NCBI GenBank assembly: GCA_001823925.1 | Contig: MHWB01000009.1 | Span: 25,086 to 89,085 of the forward strand | DNA: 64,000 bases | From: Candidatus Zambryskibacteria bacterium RIFCSPLOWO2_01_FULL_39_39 | GTDB taxonomy: Bacteria > Patescibacteriota > Minisyncoccia > Phycocordibacterales > WO2-35-19 | Reading direction: 5' to 3' | The notes under the pieces: generated by a model | What the model was told of the DNA's origin: nothing | Databases searched by the model: none | What the model saw: the letters and a program-made list of their open reading frames with translations, nothing else | Program-made: the position numbers and the translations under genes | Part shown: positions 9,985 to 19,185 of the stretch, in pieces | Layout of the letters: every line of letters starts with the position of its first letter | How positions within the stretch are numbered: position 1 is the first letter of the stretch

Positions 9985-10419
9985 TTAGACTGCTAATTCC
10001 AAGAGTTTTTTCCTATAATTACCAGTGATCTTATGATCTGCCCCGGGAATTACAACAATTCTCCATTTACATTTGAGAGTTTTGGCTAATTGAAGGTTAT
10101 TCTTGTACACCCATTTTTCTTTTTCTCCGACTATAAAAATGACTTCTTTAGCTTTCAATGTTTTTAGAGAATGAGCAATAGGTGTCATTGAACAGAGAAT
10201 GAGAGTTTTGACAAATTTTATTTCTACATAGTCACATGCTAAAACAGCTCCCATCGAAAACCCAATGACAGTATCATAATTTCCACGGGGGAGACGAAGA
10301 TTATCCCATGATATATTATATACTTTCATATATTTTGAAAGAACACAATAATCCTTCGCATGTTCTCCTAATCCTGGTATAAACAATGTTTTATTTTTTG
10401 TAGTGATTATCTGTTTCAT
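9985..10419 (-). CDS. small alpha/beta-hydrolase fold protein
   Basis: 144 aa with the GFSMGA nucleophile elbow and a C-terminal PGADHK histidine. Confidence 0.5.
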   Translation of the reverse strand: MKQIITTKNKTLFIPGLGEHAKDYCVLSKYMKVYNISWDNLRLPRGNYDTVIGFSMGAVLACDYVEIKFVKTLILCSMTPIAHSLKTLKAKEVIFIVGEKEKWVYKNNLQLAKTLKCKWRIVVIPGADHKITGNYRKKLLELAV

Positions 10420-10456
10420 AAACTATTTTAATATTTTATAATATAAATATTGTTAA

Positions 10457-10497
10457 ATATAAAAGAGCGGTAAGCATCACGTGATTGCCTCCGCTCT
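10457..10497 (-). terminator. rho-independent terminator for the DUF397 gene
   Basis: AGAGCGG...CCGCTCT stem followed on the minus strand by TTTTATATTT. Confidence 0.5.
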
Positions 10498-10561
10498 CTC
10501 TGGTTGGTTCGTGACTTCCCCTTAAGGAAGTGGGTAAGTGCCTCTGCCAAAAGTGAATTTG

Positions 10562-10780
10562 CTAGGAGAGTTCAAATTCTCCCGCCTTGACCGCACCAAT
10601 GAAGGCGGTCCATTCTCTCTTGTTAAAGAACACAGTTGTCTTACCCTCATCGAGGGTGGAACGAACAGCGACGCCTTCGGGCCTGATAGCCACGGAGACA
10701 CACGGGACGTGTTTTCCCGACTTCCATTTTTTCACATCTGGAGTCTTGAAATCAGAGTCTTGAACGAGAAAGGTTTTCAT
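10562..10780 (-). CDS. DUF397-domain protein
   Basis: 72 aa with the DUF397 pattern (W.KSGKH..CVSVA.....V.VRST.....TVFF....W.AFI.....GEFE). The segment is GC-rich within an AT-rich context. Confidence 0.55.
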   Translation of the reverse strand: MKTFLVQDSDFKTPDVKKWKSGKHVPCVSVAIRPEGVAVRSTLDEGKTTVFFNKREWTAFIGAVKAGEFELS

Positions 10781-11080
10781 AACCCATCCTTGGATTGAAA
10801 TTCAGCTACCGAGAGCTGCCTACTCTTTAATATACTCTTTTAAATTATTCTGTCAACTCTATTACGCATATCTCTATGACAACAAAATATTATGTGCTAA
10901 GCTTTATAACAGACCAAATCGTAGTTCTTGAAGATCACAACAAGGTACATTCCGCAAAGTAAGGTAGTATGAAGAAATATCCAATCTGTCCTCCGACTCC
11001 AGTCCTGCCGTCGTAACCGAAAGGGGCGTTCACATGTGTGCGCCCCTTAAATATATATGATAAAGAAAAACAAAAATTTT

Positions 11081-11458
11081 TTAATCGTTTGAATACCTTG
11101 TCCCCCTCTTAATAAAATTATGCTCTATATCTTGCAGGTCAAACTTTTCTTTAAAATAATTTAATATAAATTCATTATCCATTCCGTTTTTGCAGGTATA
11201 AACATCTGCACTTAAAAACCCGTTATCTGGAAAGGTATGAATACTTATGTGGCTTTCGGCAATGACTACAAACCCGCTCCAACCCCCCGGATCCTTCTTG
11301 TCATTGTTTGGTGCAGAATAAACAACCGGCTCAGCAAGTTTGTGCATTCCTAGCTGTTCTGGAAGTTCATTTAGACATTCTAATACTAGCTCTTTGTTAT
11401 TGAGTTTTTCTTTTGATCCACCATATCCGTCTATTGTCAGATGTTCTCCAAAGTGCAT
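11081..11458 (-). CDS. speH: S-adenosylmethionine decarboxylase proenzyme (archaeal-type, SpeH)
   Basis: 125 aa with the ESHISIHTFPD processing and active-site motif. Confidence 0.8.
   Translation of the reverse strand: MHFGEHLTIDGYGGSKEKLNNKELVLECLNELPEQLGMHKLAEPVVYSAPNNDKKDPGGWSGFVVIAESHISIHTFPDNGFLSADVYTCKNGMDNEFILNYFKEKFDLQDIEHNFIKRGTRYSND
11089..11135 (+). repeat. direct repeat copy 2 (native speH 3' end)
   Basis: Matches 9803-9849; here it encodes ...DIEHNFIKRG of SpeH. Confidence 0.6.
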
Positions 11459-11473
11459 ACAAAAATTATACCA

Positions 11474-11725
11474 TTATTTTATCTCAAAAACTTTATTTTT
11501 TGAGGAGGCGCCGGAGATTAGGGTAATTCTTGTAGGAGAAGTATTAAAATATTTTGCCAAGGCTTTGATTATTGCTTGGTTTGCCCTGCCTTCTACTGGA
11601 GGTTCCTTTACAGATACTTTGAGATGTAAATCTCCTTCTTTGTTCTGCCAGAGGTTCTGCTGGGCTTCTTGTTTTTCCACCTTCTCCTCTTTTGCACTCG
11701 GCTTTGCTTTTACAAACACTCTCAT
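11474..11725 (-). CDS. DUF167/YggU-family protein
   Basis: 83-aa UPF0235-like sequence (LKVSVKEPPVEGRANQAIIKALAKYF). Confidence 0.6.
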   Translation of the reverse strand: MRVFVKAKPSAKEEKVEKQEAQQNLWQNKEGDLHLKVSVKEPPVEGRANQAIIKALAKYFNTSPTRITLISGASSKNKVFEIK

Positions 11726-11746
11726 TATCTTATCAGATTTTTTATC

Positions 11747-14161
11747 CTAAAACTCCTTGTAGTTTGGGTCTACTGCAAAGTTTGCTGTTACAGATTTATC
11801 ACTGTTCATAGTTAGATCACAATCTCCTCTTCCAGAGCAGGACCCGCTCCATCCTGTAAATATCCTACCCGGTGCAGCTGTGGCTTGTAGGGTTACATCC
11901 TCGTCTGGATCATAATCTGCCTGACACACAGAACCGCAACTTATAGCTGGGGTACCCTGGGTACTTGATACTGTCCCCTGCCCTGCTTTGGTTACATTGA
12001 GTCTGTAGCCAATAGGTGCACAAACTGGCACAGCAATTCCTCCCGTGGCATTTTGAGTAGCGGCTATAGGTGAACTATTTTGACCACCAGCAGTTGCTCG
12101 CACCCAATAGTAGTAAGTGGTACCTCCAGCTGGAGTTGTGTCTGTAAAAGTTGTGCCTGATACTCCAGTACCAGCAAGCAGAGGGCTGGCTGGGAAAGTT
12201 CCGGGTGGAAGCGTATTTCTATAAATATTGTAAGTGACAGGTGTACCTCCACCATTGGAAGCTGTCCAAGTAATCCGAACATCTCTTGCAGGACAGACTC
12301 CTATCAAACTACCAGAAACGCTACCAGGATTAGTAGGAAGCACATTATAAGTTACTGCTACAGTCTTACTCCCGCCCGTTACAGCAGGCGTTGAACCATT
12401 ATCAGAAACCGTTACAGCGCACAAATTACTACCAGCAGGCATACTTGAAGGAATGGGGACACCGACAGCTCTTACGGTCCCTGGAGCCCCTTGAGCCAAA
12501 GGTCCGCCTGTAATACTACCAGGACTTCCGACGCCACCAATCGTACACCAAGTCTGATTTGTGCTTGCACGCCAGTTTAGATTGCTACCTACTGCTCCAG
12601 AGTTAGATATAGTAGCGTTTGATGTGGCGGGGGCAGCCTGCCCAATTTGTCTACTAAAAAACATAGTTGCTGGAATAAGTCCTATACTTGGTCCTGATCC
12701 ACCAGATACAGTCACAGTAACTGCATCAGTAGTATTGCCCGGCTGACAAGTAAGTGTGTAAGTACGATCTGCAACTAGAGCTCCAGAAGATTGACTACCA
12801 GATGTACCAGTCCAAGGACAAGACCCAGATGAACAAGTTACTGCACAAGAAGTTGCGTTTGTTGATGTCCAAGAGATAGTAGAAGCGCCACCGCTTATTA
12901 CCGAAGTTGGAGTTGCGGTTATATCTGGAAATGCATTTGCAATACTACACATATACTCCACCACATTTCCTCCACCTCTACGAAAACTGTATGTCCTGTT
13001 AAATGGATCTACTGCAGAGGCTGGAGTTCCCCAAGCTGGAGCTGGGCCGGGAAAGACATTCCAACTTGCGCCCGAAAGTTGATACATCCCATTACTTTGG
13101 GTAGAAACTATTGCATTACGGAAATTTGTAGAAGGGATATGGACAGGTTGATTGACTACCGAAGAAAATAGTCCGATATTGGTCCAGCCCGGAAGACTGT
13201 TCCAACTACAACTTTGCAGAGCTGTAGCGCCAGTACAGATTTGCTCATAAATATTTCTTCCAGTAGAAGCATTTGGTGCAAAGACATTTATTGTTGCAGG
13301 TGTTGAAAAATATTTTCCAACCGGATTTTGAGAGGCGGCAAAGCTCCCGGTAACTGTGTACCAAGAGCCATTACAAACTGTCTGTCTGCTTGGTTCTACC
13401 GTGAGGAAGACAGTTGCTTCAGCGTTACACCCAGCATCACCTGTATTTGAAAGAAGTATATCTATAGGGTAAGTGCCAGGAGTAAGAGATGAAGTATTGT
13501 TTATAGTTACACCAAAAATCGTAGGAGGAAAACCATCACCATCATTATTTGTAGGTGAAGGAGCATTACAGGTCGCTCCAGCTGGGCAAGTCGGCACCCC
13601 AACATTCATTACTGTTGAACCTTGTGCTGTGTAAGCTAAACCAACCCAACCAAGATCTCCCTGGCTAACTGTAAAACTTGACCCCGAAGGATACGAGATG
13701 ATTGGTTGACCATTTGGGTCGGAACATGTAGATCCGTTTCCATTTAAAGGAAGTGTTGTGGGCCCGTCAGATATCGGATCTGAAGAAGCTCTTTCTTCAT
13801 TCCACCAACACTGTCCAAGGTTTGTGCTACAAGGCCCACCGGTTGTATAGCTACACCAATTATTAGAACAAGAAGCAGACGTGACTTGTTGTCCTACAGT
13901 TGAACAACTTGAATCACATATATAACTATCTACGCATCGAATACCAGAACAATATGTGCCTAAAAAATTCCAACTACCACCACACGCAACATCTCCTGCT
14001 ATATCATAATTATCTATTTCACAAGCACTTACAGCTGTACATTCTGAAACTGAAGCACAAGTATCTGTCGATTGAGCACTAGAATTATCTACATTAAAAA
14101 TAAAAAATAAAACCACTCCGAGTAATAAAGGTATTATTTTGTAGAGTTTACTAGATATCAT
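11747..14161 (-). CDS. large secreted Cys/Gly/Thr/Ser-rich protein with a C-terminal divergent InlB B-repeat domain
   Basis: 804 aa with a signal peptide. The C-terminal ...YRLNVTKAGQGTVSS...CGSVC....TLQATAAPGRIFTGWSGSCSG.GDCDLTMNSDKSVTANF matches the List_Bact_rpt/InlB B-repeat pattern. Confidence 0.7.
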   Translation of the reverse strand: MISSKLYKIIPLLLGVVLFFIFNVDNSSAQSTDTCASVSECTAVSACEIDNYDIAGDVACGGSWNFLGTYCSGIRCVDSYICDSSCSTVGQQVTSASCSNNWCSYTTGGPCSTNLGQCWWNEERASSDPISDGPTTLPLNGNGSTCSDPNGQPIISYPSGSSFTVSQGDLGWVGLAYTAQGSTVMNVGVPTCPAGATCNAPSPTNNDGDGFPPTIFGVTINNTSSLTPGTYPIDILLSNTGDAGCNAEATVFLTVEPSRQTVCNGSWYTVTGSFAASQNPVGKYFSTPATINVFAPNASTGRNIYEQICTGATALQSCSWNSLPGWTNIGLFSSVVNQPVHIPSTNFRNAIVSTQSNGMYQLSGASWNVFPGPAPAWGTPASAVDPFNRTYSFRRGGGNVVEYMCSIANAFPDITATPTSVISGGASTISWTSTNATSCAVTCSSGSCPWTGTSGSQSSGALVADRTYTLTCQPGNTTDAVTVTVSGGSGPSIGLIPATMFFSRQIGQAAPATSNATISNSGAVGSNLNWRASTNQTWCTIGGVGSPGSITGGPLAQGAPGTVRAVGVPIPSSMPAGSNLCAVTVSDNGSTPAVTGGSKTVAVTYNVLPTNPGSVSGSLIGVCPARDVRITWTASNGGGTPVTYNIYRNTLPPGTFPASPLLAGTGVSGTTFTDTTPAGGTTYYYWVRATAGGQNSSPIAATQNATGGIAVPVCAPIGYRLNVTKAGQGTVSSTQGTPAISCGSVCQADYDPDEDVTLQATAAPGRIFTGWSGSCSGRGDCDLTMNSDKSVTANFAVDPNYKEF

Positions 14162-14167
14162 ATTTTA

Positions 14168-14674
14168 TCACCTAATATTTTTTATTAAAACAATCCTTAC
14201 CGTCACATCTTTTGTCACAGAATTTTTGACAAATTCAAATTTGATAGGTTGGGTTGGATTTTTGGGGTCGTAAGATAGAAATATCATTAAGTCTTTGCTT
14301 ACATTTATTTCCCCACTCACCTGCCAACCTTTGGCTAATACATAATCTTTATAAATTTTTAGATTTTCTTCTACGGTTTTAGCAGATAGGTACGCTCTGA
14401 CCACCTGTTCTTCTTGTTTTCCATCTGGAGTTGTTACCTTTACTATTTCATTTGATATAACGACAGCCCCTTCTTCTATTGGCAAGTCAGTAGGCAGTCC
14501 CTGAGGAAGGATTTCTGCGCCAAACTGTTCCGCTTTTCTCTCAAATTCTTGTTTGGGTTCTTCTACTACTGCTTTCGGATTTTTACTACTGTTCCATATA
14601 TAGATAAAAATACCTACAGCGACTCCAAACAAGATTATTATGACAGGAATAAATTTAGGATTATTATTATCCAT
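14168..14674 (-). CDS. membrane-anchored hypothetical protein
   Basis: 168 aa with an N-terminal TM segment. It lies upstream of, and is probably co-transcribed with, the 804-aa gene. Confidence 0.45.
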   Translation of the reverse strand: MDNNNPKFIPVIIILFGVAVGIFIYIWNSSKNPKAVVEEPKQEFERKAEQFGAEILPQGLPTDLPIEEGAVVISNEIVKVTTPDGKQEEQVVRAYLSAKTVEENLKIYKDYVLAKGWQVSGEINVSKDLMIFLSYDPKNPTQPIKFEFVKNSVTKDVTVRIVLIKNIR

Positions 14675-14829
14675 TTTTTACAAAATATTTATACTAAATT
14701 ATAGAATAAAATTAGGATATGTTGTAAAATCTTGTGGATAAGGTGCTATTGACATTTGTGTTAAAAGTATTATTATAATAATTAGAACAGCCAAGCTGGC
14801 TGGCACATTGAAATAGAGGAGGAAGAAAG

Positions 14830-16857
14830 ATGAAAGCAATTACTCTTTTGGTTTTGATTGCCAGCTCTCTGCTGGCAGTTGAGCAGGTGGCTAATGTGCC
14901 ACCGGATTACACTGTTGACACAGTGACCTATGACGCACAGGGGAAACTCTGGGTTTTAGGAACTGCTCTAGGTGCTGATGGAAGACCGCAGTCAATGGTG
15001 GGTATTGTTGAAGGTGGTCAGATTAAAGATCCCCTTTTCAATAAGGTATCTACTAGCCGTCCCACGAAGCGGACATTCTGGGAACAAGAAAAGAGTATTG
15101 AGTGGGGAGGTGTTTTTTCTAAAGGAAAAACACTTTACCTGCAATCACTACTTGGACCGGGGTTTCCGATTCCGTGGCCATTAGGGCGACCGCCCCAGAC
15201 CTACTTTGACAAGGTTGAGGATGGGGTTGGGAGTAGAATCTGCACTAGTATTGGTAACAATATTGGTACAAAGACTCTTGGCCGGTTTTCATATGGTTGG
15301 GTTGGGGCTGACAAAGAGAAGTATTTCGTTGCTGGCAACCGACCGCCAACAACGGACCCGCGTCCCGGCTTTACGTTTGATGAGGAATACAGTCTTTATC
15401 GGCTAACATCCTCTACATATTCCGGAAGTATCTGTACCTTTCAAAGGGTTCATCTCTTGGACAAAGACTACCGGGTTCTCCAAGCATGGAGGATGCCCGA
15501 CGGGCGCTTCCTCACAGAGAGATACCGCTTCCCTGCCACTAAGGTAGCGACGGAAGTTGGGATTATAGGAGTGGATGGCAAGTTTAGCTCTCTTCAGATC
15601 ACTGGAGAGGAATGTTGCCAACTACTTGTTGAGCCGAGTGATATCTCGGCAACCATTCTCTACAAGAGTGGTGGCAAGTGGATGGTGAGAGCCTTTCGTG
15701 ACGGACGACTCGCGGGACTGTACGAGCTTTCGGGCTTCAACAACACCCAGCCTGTCTGGCTCTCGCAACAGAACGGCCCTTGGGCTGTGTTTGCAGGAGC
15801 TGGGGCTGGTCGGCAAAATCAGGATACAGTCGTGTTAATGAATACCCTCACGGGTGTTCAAAAGGTTGTGGTTTCTGATGGACAGCTCGGTAGTGTCGCT
15901 GTCCAGAACCTGGATTCGGCGCATGTGGCTGTATCTCCCTCGGGAGAGGTAGACTTCCTGTTCAAGATAGGGCCAACGGGTACTATCTACAGAGAAAGAA
16001 TGGTGGCAATCCCGCCAATCATTACGGCTCTCTCGGTGAGCTCGGCCAAGATTACTGTCGGCGAATCTGTGGTGATACGTTGGCAGTCCAAGAATGGAGA
16101 AAAGGCTCGGCTTTATGCCGGGTCCAATATCGTCTTGGATAACTTGCCAGCTAGCGGTGAGGCGACGGTTTCCCCGCAGTTGAGTACTACCTACAAGGTG
16201 GAGGTGCTCGGATTTGGCGGTTTGGCTGAGAGCAGTGTGTCGGTGGAGGTTATGACCTCTGCCACACCTAAACCAGAATACGGAGTGCAGAGTTTCGCCT
16301 CACCTTTCTTTCACAGTTTGGAGAAATCCGAGCTTGGGTGCAGAGAGTTCTCACCCGGAGCGATCATATCGCTCTACGGCAAAAATTTGAGCAGTGGTGG
16401 GACGGCGAGTTATACAAGTTTAACGCTTCCGACTATCCTCGTCGGAACATCGGTGTTCATTGACGGAGTACGAGTACCGCTCTACTTCGTCTCTCCCGGG
16501 CAGGTGAACTTCCAGGTGCCTTACGAGGTAACCGGCCAAGTAAGATTCTGGGTAGAGGCTGGAACAGCAAAAGGACCAGAGATAAGTGTTCTCGTCAAAG
16601 ACACCTCTCCCTGCTTCTTGAGGCTTCCGAATGGAGAGCCTTACTTTGCAGAAACTGGAAATGTGCGTACATACTATGCGACCGGATTGGGCAAAACTGA
16701 TCCGACTGTGGAAACAGGCGCGCCCACTCCAGACAACGCTCTTTTCAAATCGTTTTTTGTCCCGACAGAGATCACCGGTACGCCGGTTGAAGTTTTGTTC
16801 TCGGGACTTGCTCCGTATTTCATTGGCCTATATCAGGTCAATGCAACAGTTCGTTAG
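14830..16857 (+). CDS. secreted protein with a C-terminal Ig-like domain pair (Solibacter-type C-terminal domain, TIGR03437-like)
   Basis: 675 aa with a signal peptide and a GAGGAGG ribosome-binding site. The C-terminus has ISLYGKNL...VPLYFVSPGQVNFQVPYEV. The coding region is GC-richer than the backbone. Confidence 0.65.
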   Translation: MKAITLLVLIASSLLAVEQVANVPPDYTVDTVTYDAQGKLWVLGTALGADGRPQSMVGIVEGGQIKDPLFNKVSTSRPTKRTFWEQEKSIEWGGVFSKGKTLYLQSLLGPGFPIPWPLGRPPQTYFDKVEDGVGSRICTSIGNNIGTKTLGRFSYGWVGADKEKYFVAGNRPPTTDPRPGFTFDEEYSLYRLTSSTYSGSICTFQRVHLLDKDYRVLQAWRMPDGRFLTERYRFPATKVATEVGIIGVDGKFSSLQITGEECCQLLVEPSDISATILYKSGGKWMVRAFRDGRLAGLYELSGFNNTQPVWLSQQNGPWAVFAGAGAGRQNQDTVVLMNTLTGVQKVVVSDGQLGSVAVQNLDSAHVAVSPSGEVDFLFKIGPTGTIYRERMVAIPPIITALSVSSAKITVGESVVIRWQSKNGEKARLYAGSNIVLDNLPASGEATVSPQLSTTYKVEVLGFGGLAESSVSVEVMTSATPKPEYGVQSFASPFFHSLEKSELGCREFSPGAIISLYGKNLSSGGTASYTSLTLPTILVGTSVFIDGVRVPLYFVSPGQVNFQVPYEVTGQVRFWVEAGTAKGPEISVLVKDTSPCFLRLPNGEPYFAETGNVRTYYATGLGKTDPTVETGAPTPDNALFKSFFVPTEITGTPVEVLFSGLAPYFIGLYQVNATVR

Positions 16858-16868
16858 TTCATTGAGAT

Positions 16869-16910
16869 GCCCCCATGGTGCCTAGACATCGTGGGGGCTT
16901 GCTTTTTTAT
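16869..16910 (+). terminator. rho-independent terminator
   Basis: GCCCCCA...TGGGGGC stem followed by TTGCTTTTTTATTT. Confidence 0.6.
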
Positions 16911-16988
16911 TTATTTTTAGTATAATAAGACCAGAAATACACTAGCCCTTTGTAATAACAAGACGGGCAGTATAGAAGGGAGTTTGGT

Positions 16989-18842
16989 ATGAGACTGATG
17001 ATTACTTTCCTACTTTTTGTTTCCTCCGTCTTCGGACAGAAGGCACGTTTTCTCGTACTCTTCGACGAGAAGAGTTACGAGACAGTCAAAAAGGTGGGGA
17101 GAGAATCGTTTGTGTCTCGGCCCGAACGTAACTTTCTCTGCCCGGGCGCAAGCCACTTTGAGTGGCTTGCAGAAAACGATAAAGGAAAAAATGGCGTGGA
17201 GCGGATAGCGGTTGTAACCGCATCAGCAAACGACATGACGCCGTGTGGAGATATGAAAGTTCGAAGGCTCTCCGAAGGACAGCTACGAGCTCCCGTGTTG
17301 GCAGAAACCGACCTCGGGCTTGACCCGCAGTCGGGTAACCAGCAAAACGAGTTTAAGCAGATCCGTTTCAATCCGGAAGAGGCCGGTAGAAGCAGGGTTG
17401 CTGAAGGTAAAATTGGTCTGGTCCTACTAGACAGTGGTGTTGGACCACATCAGGATGTAGACAGATTTGACAGCCTTGTAAAGAATACTCCAGATATCCA
17501 AGGACATGGTACTGCTGTGGTGGGAATCGCCGCGGCAACTTCCATGAATCCATTTGGGATCAAAGGGATTTCTATGCAAGCTCCTATCATATCAATCGTG
17601 GTTACCAAGTTTGATGCAAACGGGGAATTTTATGTAGACCAGGTTGACGCACTACGCGCAATCCTTTCTCTCCATGATCTGCCTTATTACGAACTGCTCG
17701 TGGTAAACATGAGCTTCGTAATATTGGAGAACGTGGAAGATCGAGAAAAATGGGACGTATGGGCCCAAGTTCTTGATTCTCTGAAGGATAAAGCCTTGTT
17801 CGTTGCCGGATCTGGCAACGACTCACGACGTTACAAGACGGAGAATTTACAACCATGCGCCAGCTCGCATTTATCAAATGTGATCTGCGTCGCCGGGGTG
17901 GATAGAAATGACAGCTCTTTTGGAGCTGGTTCAAGCTGGGGCATGGAGGTTACGACTTCTGCGCCTTGGTGCTGGTACACCACACTTGTGAAGGATTTTG
18001 AGGGTAGGCCTTACGGATGGCGCTGTGGTACGTCAATGGCGACTCCCGGTGTGGCCGGAGCCCTGACTCTGGCTATCGAGGAGAGGTATGGGGAATTCCC
18101 TAACTCTATCCTCACTCCCGAGATTCTCAAAAAGCTTCTAGTGCGAAGCTCACGCTTTGCGCCGGCGCTAATCGGGAAGGCCGTGCCAGGCATCCTTGAT
18201 GTGGGGCAACTGCTCAAGGAGTCAAGGCTTCTGATAGATGTTCCGCTCACAGAAATTCCCCTATGCAAAATTCGTGAGAGGGATGGGGTTCTCGGAAGCT
18301 GGAGCGAGCGGGCAAGTTTTGCTCGTGGAGATTTGGCAAGCATCTATGGTGAAAACCTAGAAGGTTGCAAAGTGTACTTGAACGGTAAACCGCTCGAGAT
18401 ACTTTACTCCTCACAAGGTCAGTTAAACTTTGTTTTTCCGGCGGAAATATTAGCTTTTCCACCAAAAAACCCAAGCACACTTGCTGTAGTAAGGGAATTT
18501 GACGGAAGACTACGCCCAGAGACCACCAAGATTATCCTTTCAGGCTTTTCTCCTTCCGAGTCAATCGGAGTTGGAGGAATCTATCGTGAGGGTGGACTGG
18601 TCTCTCCAGAAAATCCAGCGAGGCCCGGAGATACAATCACAGTCTTTTTGAGCGGTGCGGTAGGCGCCAAAAGCGCCACTGTGCTCCTCGGAGGAACGAC
18701 AATTGAAGTGGAAGTGAAGGAATCCTCTGGTGTCCAGACGATCTCCTTTACTCTCCCCGACCTGCCAGCAGAGTACGGTCTCTATGGCAAGGTCCAGGTT
18801 GGCCAAAGTCAAGCAGACTTTGGTTTCAACTACACGCGATAA
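16989..18842 (+). CDS. subtilisin-like S8 serine peptidase with the same C-terminal Ig-like domain
   Basis: 617 aa with a signal peptide. Catalytic triad motifs are LLDSGV (Asp), HGTAVVGI (His) and GTSMATPGVAGA (Ser). The C-terminal ASIYGENL...LNFVFPAEI is a paralog of the 675-aa tail. Confidence 0.75.
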   Translation: MRLMITFLLFVSSVFGQKARFLVLFDEKSYETVKKVGRESFVSRPERNFLCPGASHFEWLAENDKGKNGVERIAVVTASANDMTPCGDMKVRRLSEGQLRAPVLAETDLGLDPQSGNQQNEFKQIRFNPEEAGRSRVAEGKIGLVLLDSGVGPHQDVDRFDSLVKNTPDIQGHGTAVVGIAAATSMNPFGIKGISMQAPIISIVVTKFDANGEFYVDQVDALRAILSLHDLPYYELLVVNMSFVILENVEDREKWDVWAQVLDSLKDKALFVAGSGNDSRRYKTENLQPCASSHLSNVICVAGVDRNDSSFGAGSSWGMEVTTSAPWCWYTTLVKDFEGRPYGWRCGTSMATPGVAGALTLAIEERYGEFPNSILTPEILKKLLVRSSRFAPALIGKAVPGILDVGQLLKESRLLIDVPLTEIPLCKIRERDGVLGSWSERASFARGDLASIYGENLEGCKVYLNGKPLEILYSSQGQLNFVFPAEILAFPPKNPSTLAVVREFDGRLRPETTKIILSGFSPSESIGVGGIYREGGLVSPENPARPGDTITVFLSGAVGAKSATVLLGGTTIEVEVKESSGVQTISFTLPDLPAEYGLYGKVQVGQSQADFGFNYTR

Positions 18843-18855
18843 GATCTTTGCGGAA

Positions 18856-18886
18856 GGCCCCCCTACCAAGGTAGCGGGGCCTTTTC
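18856..18886 (+). terminator. rho-independent terminator
   Basis: GGCCCCCCTACC-AA-GGTAGCGGGGCC stem followed by TTTTC. Confidence 0.5.
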
Positions 18887-19031
18887 ATTGGACAGATTTA
18901 TTGTCTTCTGATATACTATGGGAGTAGGGGGATGCTCCGCTGGTGTCAACCCGGATGCGGGGATGTAGCAATGCCCGAATCCTGGTTTTTGCGGCCCCCC
19001 TACTACGTCTTGCCAGCTGTGGATAACATAG

Positions 19032-19059
19032 TTGACAAGATTTTTTTTATGTATATACT
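19032..19059 (+). promoter_or_regulatory. near-consensus sigma70-type promoter (TTGACA-16/17-TATACT)
   Basis: TTGACA at 19032-19037 and TATACT at 19054-19059. It lies inside a 16-bp inverted repeat pair (18979-18994 and 19083-19098). Confidence 0.4.
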
Positions 19060-19065
19060 TACATC

Positions 19066-19151
19066 CGGACGAGAGAACTCATCCGCAAAAACCAGGATCA
19101 AGGAGTGGCCCGCTTGCCACCCCAAAAAGGGCGACCCGCGTCGCCCTTTTT
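19066..19151 (+). ncRNA. candidate small RNA, about 85 nt, from promoter to terminator
   Basis: GC-rich and starts just after the -10 element. It ends at the hairpin GGGCGAC-CCGC-GTCGCCC followed by TTTTT (19129-19151). That hairpin also serves as the dnaJ terminator on the opposite strand. Confidence 0.3.
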
Positions 19152-19185
19152 CATTTTATTTAATTTTCTTAAAAAACTTTCTACC

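Noticed and set aside
10538-10798. The 86-aa plus-strand ORF overlapping the DUF397 gene.
   Set aside because: The opposite-strand frame carries a recognisable DUF397 signature and a downstream terminator. The plus-strand ORF is most likely a GC-rich antisense artefact.
14780-14815. Sigma-54-like TGGCAC-N-TTGA upstream of the 675-aa gene.
   Set aside because: The GG-N10-GC spacing is not satisfied, and no enhancer-binding protein or rpoN context is present. A sigma70-like TTGACA/TATAAT pair lies just upstream.
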